A stretch of DNA of 56,015 nt, filler included, from Sphacelaria rigidula (taxonomy: Eukaryota): NCBI GenBank assembly GCA_964200075.2. It is 3 parts of 3 records of this genome, joined end to end, with 100 filler letters (N's around TTAATTAATTAA, not from the genome) between each part and the next. Parts side by side here need not be neighbours in the genome. Positions count along the whole stretch, not along the records: positions 37,425 to 56,015 come from CAXNAA020000828.1; 2 more parts are not named here. One strand, given 5' to 3'. The position numbers and the translations under genes are program-made. Positions 46,541 through 56,015 of the stretch are shown piece after piece. How positions within the stretch are numbered: the first letter of the stretch is position 1; every line of letters starts with the position of its first letter. The notes under the pieces are model-generated. The model ran no database searches and had not been told where the DNA came from. It saw only the letters and a list, made by a program, of their open reading frames with translations.

Positions 46541-48156
46541 GGCGGATTTCACATACTACCTGTGAAAGCTAAGGAAACGTAGCGGCCTCAACGGCAGACT
46601 GCCGAAGCGCTTTGTTTACCTGGAAGTAGTGATCTTTTGCTTGCCCTCCTTGCCCCCAGCCCGAGCACACCCCGTTCCCGACGAAGCAGATGTCGACGAC
46701 CACAGCAACAGTTCTCGCGCGGTTTGCTGCGTTGTGCTCTCCCTGAGCTGATGTTTGGTATTTGAAGTACTACTCATTTTTTTGTTTTCATGAATAACCA
46801 CCGGTGTAGATACAGAGCTGTGTTGAAAATGGCATATTTTTGCAAGGGAAAATGTTGAATTCACACACGCTACCAAAGATTATGCCTGTCTCAAGGTGCC
46901 TGCACCTTTGGCATTCGGCAGATCATCGCCAGGTATGGAGCTGCTTGATCTGTGAGCTGTGAGCTGTGAGCTTCCCGTAGCGTAGTCGAATGAAGAAGTT
47001 CTCTAGGACATATCCTTGATGAAAATAATGGGGGGCGTATTTTCTTCGGTCGTTGGGACTGATTGTGGAGGCTCGAACAGGTCGCAGAACTGATATCAGC
47101 TTTGCCATGCGCTAGTGCGTACACGGCTGGCACTGTACTGTCGATTTTCTCTGCCGAAATACAGAACATGTATCATTCGTGGTATCTTGCGGTAATATTC
47201 ATGCTGTAGCGGATGACCTGTGCTCGACGTCTTTTTTCGTTCGAGCCAATGCAGGTGTAACTCTATTGGATGGCTCCTGCTCAGCTCGTGGAGACAGACT
47301 ACCGAATACCCGAGTACCCTTTTGTTATCTTAGTTTGAGGACGCCCGGGGTCATTCATGCATGAGAATGATGAGGTTGAAATGTTTTTCTCGGCATTTTG
47401 GTCTACCTTGAGAGCTACAGTCGGTATTTCGTTACAAGAACATTCGCGCTGGTTGTTGCCCCTCGAGTTAAGGAGTAATCAGCTCGCAAGGTTTGGAGTG
47501 GACCCATCTGATACGAAATACAGTCGTTTCAACAGCGTACGTTTGTCCACTGGAGGATGAAGCCTCCGCTCATGAATTGGATGAAGACGACTGACCTGAC
47601 GTATCGCGGAGTTGGTTGCGCTTGACTGACACCTGTGGAGCCGTTTCAGTGCGCGCGCGCGTGTGTGTGTGTTTCCAGTGTTTTTTAGTACCAGCGTATT
47701 TCCATGTCCTCAACACGCCCCCCACAAAGGCGTTCGGATATTGTTCGTTCCGCAGCATTCGGGAATGTTACTCTGAAACGAATTTTCGTCAAGCCTGGTC
47801 ACCGTCTAATTTGTCATCAGAGTATCGTCGTGCTCCAAGTAAGCTGCATATCTCCTTATTCCTGCCTGTGCCCTCCTTATCCTCCACACACAAGAACAAC
47901 GATACAACCTCCTGCGAGGGTGGTAACTTCATTGTGAATCTGGAGCTAGCTGTCTTGAAATGCATAAGAAATTTCAAGGTACTCAGTTTGCTATTCTGTG
48001 CTATGTAACCTGGCGTCATTTTGTACGTGACCAAGCATGTGTCTGGTTCAACCCCTGTACCCGTACCCTGTCCCATACCCCCATTCGCGTTCATGCCGCT
48101 GTGCCGGGGCTGCTGGACATTTCTCGAATGGCTCGGGCTGATGCTGCGGACAACAG

Positions 48157-50051
48157 GGGATGTGTTATTCTTGTCGGGTATTACAATGACGATCGGGATT
48201 CGACGAACACTCGTGTTTTTCTTCAAACGGAGACAGCTGCGGGGCAATCTGTTTTTCTTCGGGGGAATTACGCTGGTGTTCATCAACCGACCATTCTTCG
48301 GGATGATCCTCCAGGTGAGCCTTGTCACGCTATCCACACTGATGAGCCAGTTGAGCACCGTCCACGGCAACAGCAGTATCGTGAGTAATGAAGAATAACA
48401 CTCTTGACGGCGCGCTTGTTGACTTTGATTTTTTCCCACATTTCGGCGACCACATCGCCAAAATTGGTGTTGTTTCAGAAGCGTGCGATATTTTATTTCT
48501 TGAAATTATTCTTTGAAAAACTTAATGATGGGCGTATTGTACCTCATCACTAGTTCCACTGTACATGGACAGATTTCAATGACTGCGAGGGATTGAAACT
48601 GCCCTAGCAGAAAGCCCATTTTTTTCCCCCAGCTTCCTCGTCAAGTTGAAAACGAGTCGGTATCACATAACGTTGAGCGCAGCATGTTTCTTGTGGCGGT
48701 ATCCTGCGCATACCACGTGCCAAAATCCACCGTTCACTGCGTCATATTCCATGATTGAAGATGCTACCGAGCGTACACAGTCGTTGCACTAAAATGCCTG
48801 GCCGAGTTGTGCGGGCTTTGGCACGGCAAGTGCGCCGCATTTGCTACGGTGCAAGCTTGTTGGGTGTAAGAATGGACTCGCTCTTCCGACTGGCGGTGTG
48901 CCCTGCACACCTGCCGGCGCACCCGCTTTCCCTGCGAACCGTTTCGCCGCGGGTGCGTGACTCAAGCCAAGCACATGTTCCACTTTGTTTTGTCGTCACG
49001 ACCGTGTAGGCTTGGCATGTTTCGTAGACTGGTTGCAGTTTCATTTTGTAGCCTTTTTCAGGCATGCTGAACGATTCTTGTGAAGGCGTACCGGGCAGAA
49101 CATATTATCGTACGATTGCCGTGTGAAAGCTCTGTGCGGAAGCAGTGTGCGTTTGTGTTGTCATCCCATCTATTCTGGACGCCAGTCTACACCTTCCGGT
49201 ATGTGTGGGCGCATCAGCCGGGGTCACAAGACAAGAGGAAGACTACAGGAGTTTTTAGTTTTTATTTAGATCTCTACCTTCTTTTGCGATGCTTGCCTTA
49301 CTTTGTGTCTATCGTGAAAAGAGTTCATCGGTTCCTTCCTCTCGTCGACCGTGAAGTCGAATTTTTGTGTACCCTTATGGTCGCTCTTCACTGTTGAGCA
49401 TGGTGAGGAAAGTCGCAGATCGTGTGACTTCACCGAGATTCAAACCCACGTCCCAACAGTCAAGAGGTTTTGAGGTTACCAACTGAACCACCGGGGCGAC
49501 TGGAGGTGGTTAATGGCCACTACATGTACCCTGCCGTTTCACAAGTCGGGACAACGGCAAGTTTGCGAGACTTATGATATACACTATCGCTGTAATCGCG
49601 ATGCGATTCGTTGTCAAAATCAACACGTTGTCGCCAATGTGAAGAGTTTTCTTGTCTGCTCATATTGGATGATCGGTGTGCTGTTGAAAGTTTTTCATGA
49701 AGACATGGTGACTTTCACATGACCAGCAAAGTTCTCAATTTCTTCTCCCACGCACCAGTGGCAACATCACTTGACTGTGTTGCACACACACACAAGAAAA
49801 ATTATGCCATTATTTCTGTAACCCCCCCCCCCCCTCTTCCCTTCCCTTTCCTGCGTCCGATCTGATGTCCATGCCACGCGACACGATAGCTGATCGGGTT
49901 CCTGAATCTGTTCGGGCCGTTCATCCCCATCGCCGTGCAAGCAATGCGACAAGTTCCAGTCCTGGGTAATTTGCTCAATCTCCCTGTTGTGTCCTCATTG
50001 GTTGATAAGCTGGCTGGATCAACCAGCAGACAAAGGCGGGCGCCCGTGTAA
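48157..50051 (+). CDS. GOT1: Vesicle transport protein GOT1 (Got1/Sft2 family), last two exons 48157-48314 and 49890-50051; 5' exon(s) not found
   Basis: GDVLFLSGITMTIGIRRTLVFFFKRRQLRGNLFFFGGITLVFINRPFFGMILQ joined to LIGFLNLFGPFIPIAVQAMRQVPVLGNLLNLPVVSSLVDKLAG...APV* matches the Got1 pattern. Splice sites are canonical and the junction is phase 0. Confidence 0.92.
49140..49503 (-). mobile_element. tRNA-derived SINE in the GOT1 intron
   Basis: The minus-strand head has A box TGGTTCAGTTGG and B box GTTTGAATC. Co-linear with 51280-51655. Confidence 0.8.
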
Positions 50052-50764
50052 ATTATCCAGGAGATGGGGGGGGAATAGGGTTGCCTCCTTTCTCGAGCAA
50101 GCTGGACTGCAGTTTTGGCCCGGGTCGACTTGCTGCTCTTCTGCCTACTTGCCTTATTGGGGAGACGGCGGCGGCGGGGGGGTGGGGGTGTTGCCGATAC
50201 CTGTATGTCGCCGCGGCAGGCGCAGTTAGATTGAGTGTGTCATTTGTTCACTGGTGTTAGTTTTGTATGTATGTCGTGCGAATGTTCTTGTTTTTGTGAC
50301 AGCTGACTTACCGTGCTTTTGTTGGTGTAAGAACCGTGATACCAAATAACAACAGCATGAAAAGTACTTGCTGTGTGGAGAGAAAACGTGTACGATGCAT
50401 CCGGGAACGGCAGTGCTTTGTTGTTGGTGCAACGAGCGGTCAGCTGTAGATACCTCCTCCCACGCGCGTACCGCGCAAGATTTTGATGTGTGCCGCAGAA
50501 ACGGAAAGAATGAATTTGTTCCTAGCTCTGTTCATTTCACTGGAGTAATGCAATCCGATAAGTTATGAGCAACAACACGGGATATCTTCTGTATCCTCAA
50601 ATTTAACGACGTCAACCGAAAGGCCAACCTGACAGAAGTTTCTTCGCTGTGTTCTCTTCTCTGAAACACAACGAGATTGTTGCGAAATTTTGCTGACGCT
50701 TGCATTAGTCATCGTGATGTGCCAGCCGATCGTCGCTCATTCCTCCTCCTCTCCGTGCACCGAA

Positions 50765-50825
50765 AATGGTCAAACAACTAAGGCAAGCAGCAAATGAGTA
50801 CGCCCCTCATCCCCCCGCCCCCCGT
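50765..50825 (+). mobile_element. Small LINE ORF-end/3' UTR fragment
   Basis: aatggtcaaacaactaaggcaagcagcaaatgagtacgcccc matches the reverse complement of 105-147. Confidence 0.7.
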
Positions 50826-51220
50826 GTACCGAACGTTTGTCATATAATTTTCGGCTCGGTTTCACCTCACCACATAATCTAATACTGTGCAGAAAAATAG
50901 GATGCATTACCTGGGTGCTGCCTCAACTGTGAGCAATCTTCATTTGGCATGGCAACAAAAACTGGAAGAAGTCAGTCTTATTTTCACGAACTATTCGGCA
51001 AGGGGGAGGGGACCTGACCCTTGGCTTGTATCTTGCCGAGACTAAAAAGCACGAAGAGGAACAAGCGTCCAAAAGCAGCATGTTGATTACTCGCCGCTAC
51101 CGTAGACCTGCCCAACGATCAATCAACTTGATGTTTTGGACGCTCGTTCTGTTCGTACTCGTTTTTTTGGTGTCCATAAGAGGCCGCTTCTCATGGCTAA
51201 AAGACGGACTTTTAGAACTA

Positions 51221-52151
51221 CAGTAGTGGGCGGTCTAACTATTTGAGGTGTTTTGGAGATCTTTTCGCGTACTATTCTCCCGGTCGCCCCGGTGGCTCAG
51301 TTGGTGACCTCGTAACCTTCTGATGATTGAGTTGTGGAGTTCGATTCCCGGAGCGATCTGGAATCTTNNNNNNNNNNCACCATGCCCAACAGTGGAGAGC
51401 GACTATGTCGTGGATTCACAAAATTCGACTTAACGGTCGACGAGGGAACGGGACGGCTGATCCCCTCTCGCGATGAAAAATAAAAAGGCAAGCACCGCAA
51501 AAGAATGGTCGGGTACTAAAATCAAATAAAAAAGAAAAAGCTCCTGTGTTGACCCTCCTCCTGTGTGGCCCCGGCTGATGTGCCCACATATCCCGAAAGG
51601 GGTAGACTGGCGCCCACAATAAAGGGGACGACAACACACAACACAACAACACTACTCTTCGATCAAACTCGACATTCCTCGCGTCGGTCGATTTTGGTAC
51701 AATCAACAGATCATCCTCGAAACACAGTGCCCACGTCAGTGTTAGTTGGTATTATCCGGCAATACGAGTCAATTCCCCGTTTATCAGGAGAGTGTTATTG
51801 ACCGTGAAACACAGTTTTTCGGCTCTAGTGCCATGAGTAGGTGTGGAATTTCGAAAAAATAAAACTGCACATTTCTTCACAAATGTGATCGGGACAGGCT
51901 CGATCAACCGAACATACCGAGGAGTAAGAATCTGGGCTGAAACGTGGCGGAACCCCCGATGACCGGTCAGCCCGTAACTCTCTCAATATTGAGTAAATAT
52001 GATTTTTTCTTCTTGGGATGTGGAGCGGATACAAATATCTTCATACCCCCAATGTGATGAGCGCTGGCAAGCGAAAAGAGCCCACGAGAATCGCCAATTA
52101 CGACAAAATCACAAAATGCCACAAAATGATTAGTTAGTCCGCCCACTACTG
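51221..52151. mobile_element. Tc1/mariner(pogo)-type non-autonomous element with TA TSD, carrying a nested SINE
   Basis: TA|CAGTAGTGGGCGGTCTAACTA ... TAGTTAGTCCGCCCACTACTG|TA: a 21-bp TIR with 1 mismatch. Confidence 0.85.
51280..51655 (+). mobile_element. tRNA-derived SINE
   Basis: A box TGGCTCAGTTGG (51293-51304), B box GTTCGATTC (51339-51347), about 300 bp of tRNA-unrelated body and an (ACA/CACAA)-rich tail. Confidence 0.85.
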
Positions 52152-52720
52152 TAACTGCCCTTTTTGAGCGTACTTTTCCCCGATAACTCGAAGATTATTG
52201 GGGCGACTGAAAAAAACAGGAATCCGGCCTAAAGTAAAACTAGGCGCACGAAAGATCGGAAATGCGCGCTAGAATCCTCTCGGAAAGCACAGCAAATCTT
52301 CCTGAGGAGGCCCAATCCGCCAAGGCCCAAGAAGAAGAGCAGTACTCAGAGTCCGATTTTTGACTAAAAGAAGTGGCCTTAGGTCCATTATTATCGACAC
52401 TACTCCCTCTGATGCGGAACATGAGCGGGATTCGGACAAAAGGCGATCTATCTTGGGCCCATGTGACGCTTTTTTCGAACTTTTTTTCACCGGTTTCGCC
52501 GCATTGACGCCAATCAGCCAAAACCGATGCTTTTGCAATCATCCATCAAACAAGTGTGTCCCACCCCAGCACACGTCGCTGAAAATCACCACCCCAACTT
52601 TGAACACCCGGTCAAAAGCCTTCCCATCTTCTGGCGAGGCATGTCTACTGCTGGGAGTGCCTCCCAGATGGCAAAACGCAAGAATTTCGCCGATTTGGAA
52701 AAAGAGGAGGTGATTCGGTT

Positions 52721-52740
52721 CCTAACCCTAACCCTAACCC
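52721..52740. repeat. Interstitial telomere-like repeat (CCCTAA)3; similar motif at 18216-18239
   Basis: cctaaccctaaccctaaccc; gggttagggttagcgttagcgtta. Confidence 0.7.
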
Positions 52741-54464
52741 AGCCAGGGGATGAAAAACGAACCATTCTCTCCCCACCCTCCGATTTTTTTTCGTCCAATA
52801 TGCAATATCTGATGGTACATCAAACTTGTCCGACGTCCCACAGTGACTAAATGACCTACTTTGGGACATACAGTACATATTCGGCTCATGTATGGAATTT
52901 CCAAATCCCGCTCATATTCCGGATCAGAGGGAGTATATTTTTCGGAGATCTCAGAGTGTTTCGAGACTTTTTGAACTCTACGTTCAGACTCCTTCGAACG
53001 ATTCATTTTTGGAGAGAAATGAATAAGTCGGACTGCAACGCAGCGCTTCGCCTAGCAACTATTTAGTGTATCCGCCGTGGTGCTTGCACGTGTTCGAGGT
53101 CATCAGGTAGCATGCCAGTCCCGATAATTTCGGATACCTCACCTACCTCTAAAAAACAGGTTCAATAATAATGGGCCTCACCATCCTGTAACGGACATGG
53201 CTCCTCGGAGGGAAGAGGCGAGCTTCCTTGATATGAAACAGGGGAAACCACTGGGTGTCGCGGATACCCGCAAGCTCTCCTCCTGGAGAAAGACAATCTA
53301 TTTTGGTAATCCCCGCACTTCACGGCAGCTCCGGAGCAATGCTACGGTAGAAAATCTTGTCTGGTTCAGGGGCTCCTAACGATTTTTGATGCACAAGAAT
53401 GCGGGTCAGGGTATCTCCCCGTTTGCAAATTCATTCGGGATATCTCTAGCACATTAGAATAATAGTAATCCCCGCGTACTCTCACTTATTTCATAATAAG
53501 TCGTGTTTTGGGCGAGATACAGGGCTCCTGACAATTCTAACCTCAGAAAATATAGATGCACCCCCACCGTAGCATTAGTCTCCGCCAGAGTGTCTACTCC
53601 ATTTCTCGGCACAACTCTCACACACTGATGCACCTTGGAAAAAGTTGATAGCTGCTCAAAGAAGATCGTGTTTTGTCGCTGTAGTGGCCCTCAAAGATTA
53701 TAACGATTAGTATTGTGGAGTGAGGTGGGGGTTTGGGATGGGTTTTTCTGGTTGTTTGAGTTATTTCGAACAAGGAGTATAATATCGAGGGTTTGTCAAA
53801 AAAAAAAATCGGGACACGTAGGCCCCAAGTTCGAAAAATCGAGTTTTTGATAGGGGGGACACCCAGCCTGCTGTCCCCTAGTTTATTACCGAGGCGTTAG
53901 CGGATGTGGTCAGCTGCCATGTATAGATATCCTTGGGATAGAGACCATTGAGATGACAGACACACCGCCCGTCCAAGCTCATCACCTACCATGACTACAT
54001 TTATGGGATCATGTTCCGTTTCGTGTGCCTCAACTACCAACCACTACTAGTAGTCCTGGCAAATTTGGCGAGGCGTGAGATAATGTTGCTACTTTGGCTA
54101 CAGGCTGTCGCTGCCGTACGCTCGTGTAATGTACATGGACATGTGTAAGCGTTGCCGGCATCCGAGGTCATCGGGACAAAGCGGGCAAGGAGCAGAAACG
54201 ATATACGAAACTCGCAAAGCCCGCCAGACTTTTCGTTTTTTGTCAGTGTTTGTTGATGAATTTTCTTTCAACAATTTTAACAAAAAATTGAAGAAAAAAA
54301 TCACAAAAGAAACTTGTACAAATTCATGACAATTTTCGAAAAATTGCCCTCCGGGAGGGGGGGGGAGGGGCTCCGTGTCCGAAACCTTTCTCTCGACAGA
54401 CCCTTGCATGAAGGTATGTTTGCTTGCTTCTTGTTGAGCTCTGCACAATTACAGTGTGGTCCAT

Positions 54465-54775
54465 GTCTATCAACCTAAAAACATTTATCCCAAATTTCAC
54501 GCCGTTTTTAGGAGTCGGACGCTCAAATTTTGCACAATTTTGCTACGGGTCATGACGCAAGTTTTAAAGGTCGAGGTTTTGATCCTTTGTGACTCTTTTC
54601 ACCGTTTTTCGGGGGTCCCAGGGTTTTCAAGGAAACTTGGATCCCGTCGCACCCCCGAAAAACGGCAAATAAGTTGAATAAGCAAAAAATAAAGTCGTCC
54701 GTCAAAAGTTGCGTAATGACCCATAACACTTGTGCAAAGGTCTAACTACAAAAAACGGCGTGAAGTTTTGCGCGT
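54465..54775. repeat. Foldback repeat
   Basis: ttcacgccgtttt (about 54496) pairs with aaaacggcgtgaa (about 54752), gggtcatgacgcaa pairs with ttgcgtaatgaccc, and there is a central ccgtttttcggggg / ccccgaaaaacgg stem. Confidence 0.75.
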
Positions 54776-55556
54776 TTGTGCCATGAAGTGAGCTTGAAAG
54801 GTGCAAATTCCTAACTACTTGATTTTAGTATGAAAACGCGTTTTTCGGGTATATTCAACGTTAAGGCAAGAAAAACTGTATGTTATTCCGAGTTTCTCGA
54901 CCAAACTTTGTAAATATGTTTCCGTTAGATTCCCGAGCTGATGGCGGTTGCTACGATTTGAAGCATGTGTATATTAGGTGAAAACTGGGCTTGGAATTCG
55001 TATTTTCGATTTCAGGACAACTTGAAGGGCGCTGATTTGGTCGAGTTACCTTTTCGCCCTCAGCGCCACCACTACGGCCTTGAACACCAATCCGGCGATG
55101 TCACGCTCTTCAGCTGTCCGTGGTAGGTATTGCGAAAGGAATTTGCTGATGACACGTCCAATTTTGAGTGATGAGCATGAACCAGCCTGTAGGAGGGCCA
55201 CTGTCGGCTGGCTATGACCATCTCACCAGTGTGCTTTGTGGAGGTATATGGCTCTCGTTGATAACAACTCGCCGAGAAATGACCCCTTGGGTGTTCTTAT
55301 CGTATGACAAGGGTAGGACTAAGTAGTTACAAAATAAAAACAGTGGCTCGCAAGTGCTGCAACTTTCTTTGCCCCTTATCTTGGTGTTGCATTTATCTAA
55401 AAAAAACGTTCAAAAGCGATGCGGAGGTATCCTCGATTTCCCTCGGAGCCGTTAGCTGTTCACTCCTGCCCTCTCTATATGTCCGATTTTAAACTTTCAC
55501 GTATCTGCCGGGTGCAAATTCGTTCTGTCTGCGATCCTGTCGTCTTCAAATTGCAG

Positions 55557-55744
55557 GATGACTTGCGAATGGTGCGCATGGAGGACAGTTTTGTGCGTCC
55601 GACTGACCCAAAGTATGGCACTGGATTCCGCACCGGATTCGCCGACGGATTTCCCATGTTATTAGCGGCGGAGGAATCTTTGGCGGATCTGAATGCGAGG
55701 ATGCCTCCGGGAGAGTGCATCGATATGGACCGCTTCCGGCCAAA
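55557..55744 (+). CDS. Internal exon of a MOSC-domain (mARC/YcbX-like) protein
   Basis: TTGCAG|DDLRMVRMEDSFVRPTDPKYGTGFRTGFADGFPMLLAAEESLADLNARMPPGECIDMDRFRP followed by AA|GT. FADGFP, SLADLN and RFRP(N) are MOSC hallmarks. Confidence 0.9.
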
Positions 55745-56015
55745 GTTAGTCGCCATGATCGTTTTGGTCACGAAGTGTCGAATTGCAAGGTGTTGGGTTC
55801 ATGTACTGTGGTGTTCATGAGATACATTTTCTGGAAAAGGACGTTGTTGACGCCAGGTATCTTGTATCTTCATGTTCGGTCGACGCGCTTTTTTTTTTTT
55901 ATCCTGTCCTAGAGATTTTTTTTGCTTTTTTTTTTTTTTTTTTTTAATACAGTGGTTGATCGACATGTCCAGCAATGAGTAGATTCGAATGCTGATAATA
56001 TGTCCACAGTGTTTT

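Noticed and set aside
51280..51355. tRNA gene
   Set aside because: A/B boxes are present but no complete cloverleaf is evident, and it continues into a 300-bp body shared with a second copy, so it is a SINE.

Overview
Eukaryotic nuclear DNA, most likely from a brown alga (Phaeophyceae, Ectocarpus-like). This is inferred from about 50% GC, GT-AG introns up to about 2.3 kb, ASAFAP-type bipartite plastid-targeting peptides and TTAGGG motifs. The window is not contiguous: three similar-sized contigs (1-18612, 18713-37324, 37425-56015) are joined by artificial 100-nt N/TTAATTAATTAA spacers. Contig 1 is gene-rich. It holds a minus-strand proline-iminopeptidase-like alpha/beta hydrolase with plastid and probable thylakoid-lumen targeting that lacks the catalytic Ser, head-to-head with a two-exon plastid 'small multidrug export' (COG2426) gene, then a multi-exon orphan gene with a 43-aa tandem repeat. 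Contig 2 is almost all repeats: foldback MITEs with 4-bp TSDs, a palindromic-motif satellite, a recent gag-only LTR element, a 43-bp array between CAC-type termini, LINE 3' ends, and two coiled-coil exons. Contig 3 has a decayed DNA transposase with a possible AP2/integrase-arm-like N-terminal domain, two GOT1 exons, tRNA-derived SINEs, a TA-flanked MITE and one MOSC-domain exon. Most supplied ORFs are spurious; gene models here were built by hand from splice sites and reading phase. I see no CRISPR array, rRNA or intact tRNA, and no multi-gene system I can support as new. The best leads are the lumenal pseudo-hydrolase, the AP2-like transposase, the 4-bp-TSD MITE family and the gag-only LTR element.
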